NCBI GenBank assembly: GCA_016712315.1
Contig: JADJRG010000022.1
Location: forward strand, 994,522 to 1,058,521
Reading direction: 5' to 3'
DNA from: Nannocystis sp.
GTDB lineage: Bacteria; Myxococcota_A; Polyangia; Nannocystales; Nannocystaceae
DNA length: 64,000 nt
Positions 51,404 through 61,859 of the stretch are shown in pieces. A program made the translations under genes and the position numbers. How positions within the stretch are numbered: the first letter of the stretch is position 1; each line of letters begins with the position of its first letter. The notes beneath the pieces were generated by a model that searched no databases, was not told where the DNA came from, and saw only the letters and a program-made list of their open reading frames with translations.

Positions 51404-51736
51404 CTAGGTCGCCATCGAGGTCCGCTCGGCGTTGCCGTACTCCTCGGTCCCGGTGACCTCGCTCGGACACTCCCAGGTCGACGGCCCGCCAGCGCACGGC
51501 CCCTCGAGGAGCTTGACGAGGCGAGCGAGCCGATCAGGGTCGGCCCGCCAGTGCTTGAGCGCGGCCGCGCGGGTCGTCGATTGATCACCCATCGGGCCCT
51601 CGAAGTAGAACTCAGCCTCCATGAGCTTGCCGAGCGCTGTGAAGTCCTTCGCCTTGGCCGCGGCGAGGATGTCTTTGACCAGGCGCGCGCGCCACGGCCT
51701 CGCATCGGTGCAGCCGCTGCACGCTGGGGTGTTCAC
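51404..51736 (-). CDS. Hypothetical protein
   Basis: 110-aa ORF; N-terminus may be chimeric at the IS91-fragment junction. Confidence 0.3.
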   Translation of the reverse strand: MNTPACSGCTDARPWRARLVKDILAAAKAKDFTALGKLMEAEFYFEGPMGDQSTTRAAALKHWRADPDRLARLVKLLEGPCAGGPSTWECPSEVTGTEEYGNAERTSMAT

Positions 51737-52643
51737 GGCGGTGCAGCGCTTCCGCAGCGACCTCGGCCTCTACGTGCATCTGCACTGTCTCGTCACGGAT
51801 GGCGCCTTCGAGCAGGCCGGCGAAGGCCTGCGCTTCCTGCCCGCGCGGGCGCCGACACCGCAGCGCATGACGGCCGCGCTCGCGCAGGTCCACAAGGCCG
51901 TCGCCGCCGCCGCCGACGCCGAGGACGACGACGACGCCCTGGACCTGGACCCCGCCCTCGCCGCGTGCGTGCAGCTCGCGCTTGTCGGCCCGCACGCGCT
52001 CCCACCGCAGGAGCCCGCGGCGCGGCCGTCGCTGACGCTCTCCGCGTTCGGCATGCACCTGCACGCCGCGACCACCGTCGACGGCCGCGACCGCAAGCAG
52101 CTCGAGAGGCTCTGCCGCTACATGTTGCGGCCGCCCTTCGCCCATGACGCCGTCAAGGTGCTGCCCGACGGCCGGGTCCGCGTCCTCTTCAAGGCTCCTT
52201 GGCGCAGCGGCGTCGCCCACGCCGACATGGCCCCGGACAAGTTCCTCGCCCGCCTCTGCGCGCTCGTGCCTCCTCCGGGCTTTCACATGCTCCGCTACTT
52301 CGGGGTGTTCGCGAGCCATCATCACCTCCGCGCCCGCGTCATCCCACCCGCCGCCGCGATGCCCGAGCTCCAGCTCGCGCTCGACCTCACCGCCGCCGCG
52401 AACGACACCTCCAGCTCGCTGACCGACGCCTCGCCTCGGCCACGTCGGCTCGGCTGGGCGAAGCTCCTGGCCCGGGTCTTCGCCGTCGACGTCACGGTCT
52501 GCCGCAAGTGCGGCGGCCGCATGCGCGTCCTCGAAGTCGTCTCCGACCCCGACGACATCGCCCGCGTGCTCCACGGCGCCCGCGCTCCACCGCCGCCACC
52601 GCGGCCCCATCCACCGGGCCAAGTCTTGTTGTTCACCGGCTGA
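51720..52643 (+). pseudogene. N-terminally truncated IS91/ISCR-family (HUH, rolling-circle) transposase
   Basis: LGLYVHLHCLVTDGAF...HMLRYFGVFASHHHLRARV...LLARVFAVDVTVCRKCGGRMRVLEVVSDPDDIARVL resembles the Y2/C-terminal part of IS91-family TnpA; no N-terminal Zn-binding domain. Confidence 0.5.
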
Positions 52644-52965
52644 CCGCGCGCTCCTCGCGTCGCGCCCGGCGGCTCCTTGCCGTTCCCCGGACGGAGAGAG
52701 TTCTAGCTGGGAAACGACGTGTGTTGTCACACGAGAATCCTGCGAGGCGGCCTGCGGACCGCCCGAAAGGCGGAGAAATCAGCCTTCCAGGCCCCTCCTG
52801 CGCGGATGCCGCGAGAGCCCAGTACCCGGCCGCCGGACCAAAATCTGGCTTTGAACCTCTTAGGCGCCCAGGACCTCGCCAAAGTCTCCCGGCCGCGGGC
52901 TCCCCGCTGCTTACCTGCGCGCTCCGTACTCACCCGCGCGCTCAAATTCCCACTTCAAAACGCTT
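52620..52965. repeat. Putative IS91-like 3'-terminal segment (copy 1)
   Basis: Begins at tnp stop with GTCTTGTTGTTCACCGGCTGACCGCGCG and ends with a 110-bp block identical to 54128-54238. Confidence 0.6.
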
Positions 52966-53361
52966 AAGCGCGGCCAGGGAAGCCGAGCTCGCCGAGCAGC
53001 AGCAGGCTGACGGCGGGCGCGGCCGGAGCGGGGGCCCGGGTGTCCCAGCCTCTGCCGCGCTCGGTGGCGCAGGCGAGCATGAACATGGCCGAAAAGACAG
53101 ATGCCAGCGAGGGCCAGGCCGCGCGCCGGGAGCGGACAGACGGAGCATGCTGCGGTGCGAGGGCCACGTCGGGCGCCGAGCGTATCATGGCCGGCCGGCG
53201 CGCCGCGGCCGGGTGCGGCGGGTGAGGTCGCCGAGGCCGCGAGGCGAAGGTAAATGGCGGCGAACGGCGAGCTTTCGCACGGGATCGCGGGACGGGGGCG
53301 CTTGCACCCGTGGAGGCGCTCGGGCAATGCTTGCCGTGACATGTCCCATCTGCTCCTGTCG

Positions 53362-53950
53362 ATGAGGGTCAACGGCGAGCCGGTGCAGGTCGCCGCGCCG
53401 GCGCACCACACCCTGCTGGAGGTGCTGCGCTACAAGCTCGACCTCATCGGCGGGACGATCGGGGCGTCGCCGGCCTACAGCTTCACGGCCCACCTGGCCG
53501 AGGTCCTGGTCGACGCGGAGACCGGCATCGTCGAGGTGAAGACGATCTGGGTCGCGCACGACTGCGGCAAGGCGCTGAGCCGCAGGATCGTCGAGGGCCA
53601 GATCGAGGGCTCGACGTACATGGGCTTCGGCGAGGCGCTGATGGAGGAGCACAAGGTCGACGCCGGGCACCGCGGCGCGCACGCGGGCCCGAGCCTGCTC
53701 GACTACCGGATCCCGACCTTCCTCGACACGCCGGAGATCGCGGCGATGATCGTCGAGGCGCCGGACGCCAATGGGCCCTACGGGGCCAAGGAGTCCGGCG
53801 AGGGGCCGCTTCACTCGAGCATCCCGGCGATCGCCAACGCGATCCACGACGCGGTCGGCATCCGCCTCGACCGCCTTCCCTTCACGCCCCAGCGGGTCCT
53901 GGCCGCGATCCGCGAGCGTGCGCGCCGCGAGGCCGCCGGCGAGCTCTCCA
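53362..53950 (+). pseudogene. Deletion remnant of a xanthine dehydrogenase/CO dehydrogenase-family operon (2Fe-2S subunit N-terminus fused to molybdopterin-subunit C-terminus)
   Basis: MRVNGEPVQVAAPAHHTLLEVLRYKLDL (CoxS/XdhC-like start) joined in frame to ...GIVEVKTIWVAHDCGKALSRRIVEGQIEGS...GPYGAKESGEGPL...AIANAIHDAVGIRLDRLPFTPQRVL (large-subunit C-terminus). Confidence 0.55.
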
Positions 53951-53984
53951 CGGCGCCCGGGCTCCCCCTGCGCCTCCTCCTCTT

Positions 53985-54238
53985 GGACAGGTCCTGTTGT
54001 TCCCCTGACCACGCGCCCCACCGGCGACGTGTTCACCCGCCCGCGCCCCGCTGCCGCCGTCGCTGCCCTTCTCGGGCTCATGGCCGTGCGCTTCCTCATG
54101 CCTCGCCTCACCCCCGGCTTCCCTCGCGCCCAGGACCTCGCCAAAGTCTCCCGGCCGCGGGCTCCCCGCTGCTTACCTGCGCGCTCCGTACTCACCCGCG
54201 CGCTCAAATTCCCACTTCAAAACGCTTAAGCGCGCTGC
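53985..54238. repeat. Putative IS91-like 3'-terminal segment (copy 2)
   Basis: Starts GTCCTGTTGTTCCCCTGACCACGCG; last 110 bp identical to 52855-52965. Confidence 0.6.
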
Positions 54239-54522
54239 CGCGCTCGCTGCCCCTCTCGCTGCCCCTCTCGGGCCCTGGCGGCACATGTCGTCACACGCGC
54301 GCTTGCCCTCCCGCCGTGGACCGTGCAAAAATCCCCCGGCCGCGGACTCCGCCGCAGCTCACTGGGCCGCTCTGTACTCACCCTCGCCCCATCGCCGGCC
54401 GCATCCGGAGCTTATTGTGTGCAAGGGGGAAGCCAGCCTTCCGTCGCCGGCACGTCCGCCGAGGCGCAAGCCTGACCGTGACCCGGCTGCCCTTGCCACG
54501 CTCTAAGAAGAGAGATTTCAGA

Positions 54523-55752
54523 ATGCCTTTCCAGGTAGCATGTCGCCCCGGTGCGGGCCGCGTGATCGCGGATCCGGCGAGTCCTGGTGCAGTGTTGGAG
54601 ATATTCAGCGAGAGCGCGGAGGGCGCTCCGTCTGTCGTGCTGGTGACCGATCCGCCGTACCACCACCGTCCGGCGCAGCGCTTTTCCCAGGATGTCGTGT
54701 TCTGCTATGTCGCGGGCGAGCAGACCGTCGCCGGGGTGGGCCGTTTCGTTGCCGGAGAGCTGCGCTGGGTTCGAGCGGGCGCTGACAGCGGCGCGGCGAC
54801 GGCTGGGCCGCAGGGGGTATCGTGGTGGGTGATCTCGGCCGCCACAGCGCTACGGCCCCGGGCCGAGTCGTCGGTTGAGGTCGCGCCGAGCCGCTGCCTG
54901 CCTGCGTTCACGGCGCCCATTGACTGGCCGGCGATCGACGACGCGATCTCGCGCTGCGGCGCGGCCGTTGTCCGCGGCCTGATCTCAGCGGATCTCGTTA
55001 AGCGAATCAACGGGGAGGCCGACGCGTGGCTCGGCAGGCACTCCAGCACCGGGCTCCCGTCTGCGAGCTCTGAGGAGCATAACGACTTCCTGGGTCGTCG
55101 GACCCGGCGGATCCACGGTCTGTGCAGCAAGCTTCCGTCCGCACCCCAGCTGATCGGGCACCCTGAGGTCGTCGCGTGGGCCGAGCGCATGCTGCTCCCC
55201 AGAGCTGCGAGCGTGCTGCTCAACTCCGGGGAGCTCATCGAGCTTGGACCGGGTGAGAAGGCCCAACCGCCGCACCGCGACACCGAGGCGTGGCATCGGA
55301 TTGAGCGGGGGTTGCACCCGGTGATGGTGAACACCATCATTGCGCTCAGCCGATTCACCCGCGACAACGGCGCGACCTATGTGGCTCCCGGATCGCACAC
55401 CTGGCGTGAGGACCGCGAGCCCGCGGCGGGCGAGTTGCTGCAGGCTGAGATGGAGCCGGGCGATGCGCTGCTGTTCCGCGGTGACGCGATCCACTGCGGC
55501 GGCGAAAACCGCACCGCGGAGGCGCGCCGCGGGCTGTCGCTGAGCTACTGCGCAGGCTGGCTCCGTCCCTATGAGAACAGCCATCTGAACGTCCCCCTCG
55601 CGGTCGCGCGGACGCTGCCGGCCAAGGTTCAGGACCTGCTTGGCTATGCATTGGAAGACGCGCTCGCGGTGGGGGGACGCAGGCTCGGGCTGTACGAAAA
55701 CGGGGACCCTCATGCGGCGCTGGAGCACACAGACCCCGACATGGAGTCGTGA
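54523..55752 (+). CDS. PhyH-family Fe(II)/2-oxoglutarate-dependent oxygenase
   Basis: HRD...H facial triad (PPHRDTEAWH ... GDAIHCGG) in a PhyH-like arrangement; HxD, not HxA/G, so hydroxylase-type; ATG 54523 after a short AT-rich leader. Confidence 0.65.
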   Translation: MPFQVACRPGAGRVIADPASPGAVLEIFSESAEGAPSVVLVTDPPYHHRPAQRFSQDVVFCYVAGEQTVAGVGRFVAGELRWVRAGADSGAATAGPQGVSWWVISAATALRPRAESSVEVAPSRCLPAFTAPIDWPAIDDAISRCGAAVVRGLISADLVKRINGEADAWLGRHSSTGLPSASSEEHNDFLGRRTRRIHGLCSKLPSAPQLIGHPEVVAWAERMLLPRAASVLLNSGELIELGPGEKAQPPHRDTEAWHRIERGLHPVMVNTIIALSRFTRDNGATYVAPGSHTWREDREPAAGELLQAEMEPGDALLFRGDAIHCGGENRTAEARRGLSLSYCAGWLRPYENSHLNVPLAVARTLPAKVQDLLGYALEDALAVGGRRLGLYENGDPHAALEHTDPDMES

Positions 55753-55790
55753 GCCACCGAGCTTGACCACCGCATAGCACTGCCCTTACC

Positions 55791-58349
55791 TTGACTACGT
55801 TCAGTTTTCCAGCCTCACAACGAGCGGTCCTTATCTTCGGCACAACCATATCCCCACTCGGCGGGCCGTCCGTGGCTCTTGGCGCGCCCGGGCCGCGCTG
55901 CGATCGGTCGACGGAGGAGCCGTCCCTCTCGGACTGCTTTCTGAACGTGGCGACCCGGACCTCCCATGCGCTGGCCGTGATGTCCGCACGGGGCAACCTC
56001 GACTACGGCGAACTGCTGCGGCGGGCCACGACGGTGGCACAGGCCCTGCAGCGGCAGGGCGTGGGCCGCGGTACCCTGGTCGGTCTGTTCCTGCCGCGCT
56101 CGCTCGAAGCCGTGGTCGCGATCCTGGGGACGCTGCTGGCGGGCGGGGCCTACCTTCCGATCGATCCGGACTACCCGCGGGCGCGCCAGCGCTTCCTGAT
56201 CGAGGACTCGCAGGTCAAGGTGATCGTGACGGCGCCGAGCCTGGCGATCCCGCCGCCGGAGCTTGCCGACCACCCGATCGTCGATCTGGATGCGCTGGCC
56301 GGGGAGCTGCCGTCCCCTGGGTTTCAGCCCGTCGAGCTATCCCCGGACGACCTGCTGTATGTCCTGTACTCATCCGGAAGCACCGGGCGACCCAAGGGCA
56401 TCTGCGGGACCCACGGTGCCACCCTGAACCGGCTGCGCTGGGGATATCAGGCCTTCCCGTTCGCGCCGGAGCGTCCGGAAGTGGTCGCCCATCGCTCTTC
56501 GCTGAACTTCGTGGACTCGGTGGTCGAGCTCTTCTCCGGGTTGCTCTGCGGGGTCCCGACCGCACTGCTTTCCTACGACGAGACCAGGTCGCCCAGCCGG
56601 ATGCTTTCGGCGCTGCATCAGGCGCAGGTGACCCGGCTGACCGTGGTTCCCTCGGTCCTCGATGCGCTGCTGCGGACCGCTCCTGAGCTGGGCGCGGCGC
56701 TGCCGCGGCTTACCCTGTGGGCTTGCAGCGGCGAAGAGCTGACGCTGCCCCTGCTGCGCCAGTTCCGCCTTGCCCACAAGCTCGCGACCCTGGTCAACAT
56801 CTACGGCAGCACCGAGGTCACCGCCGACGTGACCTACGCGGTCTTTACACCGGATACGGAGCTTCCGAGCGAGCGGGTCCCCATCGGAATCGCGATGGCC
56901 GGCGCCGAGCTGTCCGTGCTCGATGATCAGCTGCAACCGGTGGCTGACGGGGAAAGCGGGGAGCTGTTCGTCGGCGGGCCGGTGCTGTCGCGCGGCTACC
57001 TGCGGCGCCCGGAGGAGCAGGCCCTGCGCTTCCTTGCGCATCCGCGGCGACCCGGCGAGCAGATCTTCCGCACCGGGGACCGCGTGCGCCGTGGCGAGGA
57101 TGGTCAGCTCTACTTTCTTGGCCGGACTGACAACCAGATCAAGATCCTCGGGATCCGCATCGAGCCCGAAGAGATCGAGCGGACGTTGCTCGCGGCCTGC
57201 CCGGGGCTGAGCCAGCTCGCGGTGGTGGTCAGGGAGACGCCTGGACAGCCGCAGTCACGCCGGCTCTGCGCGTTCTTTGCGCCCGCCCAGTACGATCCGG
57301 AGCTGCTGCAGACCGCGGCCCGGCAGCGGCTGCCGTCCGCGACAATACCCAAGGAGTTCCTGCCGACGAGCGGCCTGCCGCTATTGCCCGGCGGTAAGCT
57401 CGATCGGCGCACCCTGGCCACCTGGGCCAACCATTCCCCCCGCAATGTACAGCCTGCGCAGGAGCCGCGCTCGGACACCGAACGGCGGCTGGCCGCGCTG
57501 TTTGCGACCCTGCTCGGTCAGGCTCCTATCTCTCGGCAAGACTCCTTTATGGCGCTCGGCGGCGGCTCGCTGGCGCTTGCCGAGCTGCTTGACGCGCTGG
57601 ACCGGTGCTTTCGTGCCACGTTCCTGGACAGCGTGCTGGTGTATCGGCAGCCGCTATTCCAGCTGGCTCGCTGGATTGACGAGGGGACCGCCCCCGCGCC
57701 CGAGTCCGAGCCACCGGCGGAGCAGATCCTGTCGCTGTCCACCGTCGATTCAGCGGCTGCGATCCGCTTTGCCGCCGAGGTCGACGCCCAGCGGGAGCCG
57801 CTGACCTTGGTGACGGACTTGAGCCTGGAGGATCAGATCCCCTACGTGTCGCCGATTGTGGCCTGCAGCCTGGCTGATGGCGTGTCGTTTGTGGCCAGGG
57901 ACTGCGGCAGCGGGAAGCTGGTCGGCTTCTGCCTGGCTCATGACTTCTGCAGCCCGGCCGGGGTCGCGTTGGCAGAGATCTCGTCGCGGCTGCGGCCGAT
58001 AGTTCAGATCCTGACCGAGATCGAATCCGAGTATGTGACGCTGTGTGGCCAGCCTGCTCTCGGAGAGGTCGTGCAGCTGTCGCTGACCGGAGTCTCCCCC
58101 GAGATCGATGGCTACGAGCTGGCGCGCCGTCTGGAGCAGCGGACCCTGGACGCGGCGCGGCTGCGCGGCTACCGTCGTGCGCTCACCATCTGCACCAGTC
58201 GCATCACCTCGGTGCTGGCCGAGCGCACCGGCTTTCAACGGCTCTCTGCATTCGACTATGCCACCTACGAAATCGATGGGCAGCGGGTCTTTCAACCGCT
58301 AGCGGCGCGGCATCGCGAGATCGTTCTTTACGTCAAGGATCTATCATGA
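55791..58349 (+). CDS. Stand-alone adenylation-PCP protein with C-terminal GNAT-like domain (NRPS-like)
   Basis: A-domain core motifs (LYSSGSTGRPKG, NIYGSTE, GELFVGGP, PGGKLDRR), PCP motif LGGGSLALAE, C-terminal ~230 aa with GNAT-like GYRRALTICTS...LAERTGF; start uncertain. Confidence 0.7.
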   Translation: MTTFSFPASQRAVLIFGTTISPLGGPSVALGAPGPRCDRSTEEPSLSDCFLNVATRTSHALAVMSARGNLDYGELLRRATTVAQALQRQGVGRGTLVGLFLPRSLEAVVAILGTLLAGGAYLPIDPDYPRARQRFLIEDSQVKVIVTAPSLAIPPPELADHPIVDLDALAGELPSPGFQPVELSPDDLLYVLYSSGSTGRPKGICGTHGATLNRLRWGYQAFPFAPERPEVVAHRSSLNFVDSVVELFSGLLCGVPTALLSYDETRSPSRMLSALHQAQVTRLTVVPSVLDALLRTAPELGAALPRLTLWACSGEELTLPLLRQFRLAHKLATLVNIYGSTEVTADVTYAVFTPDTELPSERVPIGIAMAGAELSVLDDQLQPVADGESGELFVGGPVLSRGYLRRPEEQALRFLAHPRRPGEQIFRTGDRVRRGEDGQLYFLGRTDNQIKILGIRIEPEEIERTLLAACPGLSQLAVVVRETPGQPQSRRLCAFFAPAQYDPELLQTAARQRLPSATIPKEFLPTSGLPLLPGGKLDRRTLATWANHSPRNVQPAQEPRSDTERRLAALFATLLGQAPISRQDSFMALGGGSLALAELLDALDRCFRATFLDSVLVYRQPLFQLARWIDEGTAPAPESEPPAEQILSLSTVDSAAAIRFAAEVDAQREPLTLVTDLSLEDQIPYVSPIVACSLADGVSFVARDCGSGKLVGFCLAHDFCSPAGVALAEISSRLRPIVQILTEIESEYVTLCGQPALGEVVQLSLTGVSPEIDGYELARRLEQRTLDAARLRGYRRALTICTSRITSVLAERTGFQRLSAFDYATYEIDGQRVFQPLAARHREIVLYVKDLS

Positions 58350-58738
58350 GCTCCCTCCCGCACCACAAGGTCTGCACCCGACTGAGAGCCTCCAAGATTC
58401 ACGGCATCGGCGTGTTCGCGATCTGTCCCATCAAAGCGGGGACGATGATCTTCCCGGGGGATCAGACGGATATGATCTGGGTCGACAAGAGCGCGCTTCC
58501 GAATCTGAGCCCGGCCGAGAAGCAGATGTACGCAGACTTCTGCCTGCACCGCGGCGATCGCCTTGGCTGCCCGTCGAGCTTCGACTCCCTGACACCCGGT
58601 TGGTATGTGAACCACAACCCCACCGACCCCAACCTGACGTACTCCCTGCAGGACTACTCGTTCTATGCCGCCCGCGACATCGCCGAAGGGGAAGAGCTGA
58701 CCGCCAACTACCACCTGTACTCGGACAACGTCGTCTAG
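58346..58738 (+). CDS. Small SET-domain protein (putative methyltransferase)
   Basis: GIGVFA...IKAGTMIF, YVNHNPTDPN (NHSCxPN-like), ELTANY (ELxxxY); ATGA overlap with upstream gene. Confidence 0.65.
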   Translation: MSSLPHHKVCTRLRASKIHGIGVFAICPIKAGTMIFPGDQTDMIWVDKSALPNLSPAEKQMYADFCLHRGDRLGCPSSFDSLTPGWYVNHNPTDPNLTYSLQDYSFYAARDIAEGEELTANYHLYSDNVV

Positions 58739-58744
58739 GTACAT

Positions 58745-61195
58745 ATGATCGCCAGCCCAGCCAGTGTGGCGGCCGCCTTCGTCGAGGTCGCGCAGCGCAC
58801 ACCCGCGATGCGCGCCGTTTTCTGTAGCGCGCAATCTCTATCCTTCGGCCAGCTGCAGGCGCGCGCGCTGCGGGTGGCGCAGGGCCTACGTGGCTACGGT
58901 GTGGCACCGGGGACTGGCGTCGTCCTGGCCATTCCGCGCTCGGTCGAGTCCGTGGTCGCAGTCCTCGGGATCCTCTTGGCCGGGGGCTTCTACGTCCCCA
59001 TCGACCCGACCTATCCCGCCGAGCGGCAGCGCTTCATCGCCGCCGACTGCGGGGCCGCGCTGGTCCTGACGGGCGGCGCCCAAGCGGACAGCAGCCCGCT
59101 GTCGGCGGCGCTGCCCCACATCGACATCGGGTCGCTGGAAGCGGCGAACGCCGGGACCGAAGCGCTGGTGCTGCCGCCAGGGGATCCGACGCAGGCCCTG
59201 CTCTGCATCATCTACACATCGGGGAGCACGGGTCGCCCCAAGGGGGTCTGCGTGCGGCAGGCAGGAATGCTGCATCGCTGGCGCTGGGGCTGGCAGCGTT
59301 ATCCCTTTAGCGCGGATGACGTGGTCGCGCACCGCTCCTCCCTCAACTTCCTCGACTCGGCCACGGAGCTGCTCGGGAGTCTGCTGCAGGGGGTGCCGGT
59401 CGCGATCATCCGGCCTGAAGAAGTGGCGGATCTTTCCCGCATGGTGCAGGTCCTCGCCGCGCATCGTGTTACGCGCCTGACCCTGGTCCCCTCCCTGCTT
59501 TCGGCGTTCTTGGGGGTCTATCCCGAGCTCGGTCGGGAATTGCCGAGGATCTCGCTGTGGATCAGCAGCGGGGAGGTGCTGAGCGCAGCGCTGCTTCGCC
59601 GGTTCCGCGCCGCCTGCCCGCATGCGACGCTGCTAAACCTGTACGGCAGCACCGAGATCTCGGCCGATGTGACTTGCGCCGAGTTCACCCCGCAGACGGC
59701 GCTGCCCGAGCGCCGCGTACCCATCGGATCCGCGGTCGCAGGGGCCGAGCTGTGGGTTTTGGGTGAGGATGGCAGCCCCGTGGAGGCCGGTGCTACCGGC
59801 GAGCTGTTCGTCGGCGGGCCGATCCTGTGCCGCAGTTACTGGCAACGTCCGGAGGAAGATCAGGTCCGCTTCGTGTACCCCGGGGTTGCCGGCGGCTCCC
59901 GGCTGTTTCGCACCGGCGACCGCGTCCGCGCGCTGGCCGACGGCCAGCTGGAGTACCTGGGGCGGGTCGACAACCAGGTCAAGGTCAATGGCGTCCGGAT
60001 CGAGCTGGAGGAGATCGAGCTGGTGGTGGCCGCGCTGCTGCCGACGGGAGGACACGCCGCCGCGGTCGCCGTGCCCAGCCCCGCTGATCCAGAGACCCGC
60101 CGACTCTGGCTGTTCGTTGCCCCCGCAGACATCGCGGTCGAGCCCCTGCGAGAGCGCATGAGGGCGCAGCTGCCACCGCCGCTTGTTCCATCGCGCATCA
60201 TGGCCCTGGCAGCGCTACCGCTGGTTCCCAGCGGCAAGTTCGACCGGCAGGCGCTCATCCGCCAGGCGATGGGTATTGAGCAGAGCCCGCGCGCTCAGCC
60301 GGTCGTCCTGCTGCCCGATGAGCAGGAGCTGGCGGCGCTGTACTCGACCCTGCTCGGCATCGCGCCGGTGTCCCGCGAGGACTGCTTTGGCGCGCTCGGT
60401 GGTGACTCGCTGGCGCTGGCCCAGCTGCTGGCCCGGCTGGCGGCCCGCGGCGTCCCGGCCCCGGCGCTGCCGCCGGCGCAGGTGCGGCAGGCGCCCCTGT
60501 GGCAGGTCGCCCGCTGGCTCGATGGCAGGGACCCGGTTCCGGCCGACGTACCCTCCATGTACGAGGTCGTGGCAGCCGAGCAGGTGCCGGAAGCGGCGCT
60601 TGCTCGCTTCGCCGCCGATCTGTTCGTCGCCCGGGAGCCCGTGTGTGTGGCGCTTGGGCTGACGCGGGACGATGTGCTTGCGGCGTTTACCCGGACGGTC
60701 CGTGGTGCGCAGCGCTTGGGCCTGTCGCTGGTTGCTCGCGATCCACATACGGGCGAGCTGTTCGGCCTCAGCCTGGTCCTGGACTGGGCCGACCAGCCGC
60801 CACCGGATCTTGCCGCCGAGTCGCTGCGGGCGCGGCCCTACTGGGCGCTGGTGTACGAGCTCTGCGACGAGTACGAGCGGCAGCTTGCATCTCGGCCGGC
60901 AGTCGGAGAGCTCCTGGACATGGCCCTGGGCGGTGCCGTGCCGACGGTGGACGGGCTCGCGCTCCTGTACGATCTGGACCGCCGCGTCCTGACGGCGGCG
61001 CGCGCCCGCGGCTACCGCGGGGCGGCGACGCTCTGCTTCCACGAGGTGACGCGACACCTGGCCGAGAGGCTCGGGTTCGTCCGGCACACGGCGCGCTCGC
61101 TGACCACCTACGAGTATGAGGGGCGGCGCCTGCTGGAGTCCGCGGCTCCGGTTCACAAGGAGGCGGTCCTTATGGCGAAGGACCTGCGCGATTGA
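58745..61195 (+). CDS. Second adenylation-PCP-GNAT-like protein (paralogue of 55791-58349)
   Basis: IYTSGSTGRPKG, LYGSTE, GELFVGGP, PSGKFDRQ, LGGDSLALAQ, C-terminal GYRGAATLCFHEVTRHLAERLGF. Confidence 0.7.
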   Translation: MIASPASVAAAFVEVAQRTPAMRAVFCSAQSLSFGQLQARALRVAQGLRGYGVAPGTGVVLAIPRSVESVVAVLGILLAGGFYVPIDPTYPAERQRFIAADCGAALVLTGGAQADSSPLSAALPHIDIGSLEAANAGTEALVLPPGDPTQALLCIIYTSGSTGRPKGVCVRQAGMLHRWRWGWQRYPFSADDVVAHRSSLNFLDSATELLGSLLQGVPVAIIRPEEVADLSRMVQVLAAHRVTRLTLVPSLLSAFLGVYPELGRELPRISLWISSGEVLSAALLRRFRAACPHATLLNLYGSTEISADVTCAEFTPQTALPERRVPIGSAVAGAELWVLGEDGSPVEAGATGELFVGGPILCRSYWQRPEEDQVRFVYPGVAGGSRLFRTGDRVRALADGQLEYLGRVDNQVKVNGVRIELEEIELVVAALLPTGGHAAAVAVPSPADPETRRLWLFVAPADIAVEPLRERMRAQLPPPLVPSRIMALAALPLVPSGKFDRQALIRQAMGIEQSPRAQPVVLLPDEQELAALYSTLLGIAPVSREDCFGALGGDSLALAQLLARLAARGVPAPALPPAQVRQAPLWQVARWLDGRDPVPADVPSMYEVVAAEQVPEAALARFAADLFVAREPVCVALGLTRDDVLAAFTRTVRGAQRLGLSLVARDPHTGELFGLSLVLDWADQPPPDLAAESLRARPYWALVYELCDEYERQLASRPAVGELLDMALGGAVPTVDGLALLYDLDRRVLTAARARGYRGAATLCFHEVTRHLAERLGFVRHTARSLTTYEYEGRRLLESAAPVHKEAVLMAKDLRD

Positions 61196-61259
61196 CTTCT
61201 GCCGGCCGCTCCAGACGGGCCTGTTCGAGCCCGGTCCGGGCGCTAGCATCAGAGCGACC

Positions 61260-61705
61260 ATGAGCTTCCGCTACCTGACTCCAAAGGCCGTCATCCGTAG
61301 CAGCCCGCTGGGTGGGCGCGGCGCCTTTGCCACCCAGCCGATCGCCGATGGCGAGCTGGTCGCGGTGTTCGGCGGCCGCGTGAGAGCGAGATCGACTCCG
61401 CCGACTTCATCAACCACTCGTGCGATCCCAACTGCGGCATCCGAGGTCACCTGTTGCTATTTGCCCGGTCCGCGATTGCGATGGAGAATGAGCTGACCTT
61501 TGATTATGGCACGGTCTTTGTCGACCATGGCCGGGGGCGCGTCGAGATGTCCTGCAGCTGCCGGGCTGCCGCCTGCCGCGGCCTCATCACCTCGGAGGAT
61601 TGGCAGGAGCCGGCGTTCCGGCGTCGCCACCGCGGCGACCTGTCCTTTGCCGTGCAGGAGCGGATCGCAGCGGCGTTCCCCGATGGGGAGCACGACCCCG
61701 TCTAA
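61260..61705 (+). pseudogene. Second SET-domain gene, carrying a frameshift near 61380
   Basis: MSFRYL...GGRGAFATQPIADGELVAVFGG (frame 0) then ESEIDSADFINHSCDPNCGIRGHLLLFARSAIAMENELTFDYG (frame 2). Confidence 0.6.
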
Positions 61706-61859
61706 GTCGCGTGCGGCGTCACCTGGGAGGCGGGCGAGGGACTGGTGGGCGTCCATGTCAGCGTGGGCGGGGCTCAGTCGCGGGGCCCGCACGGAACCGG
61801 CTGTAGCTCCCTCCAGGAGGCCTGTGTAGGCGAGGAAGACGCCCGCGATGGCTCTGAGG

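Noticed and set aside
53185-54207. 340-aa minus ORF opposite the xanthine-dehydrogenase remnant
   Set aside because: Arg-rich shadow ORF; homology is on the + strand
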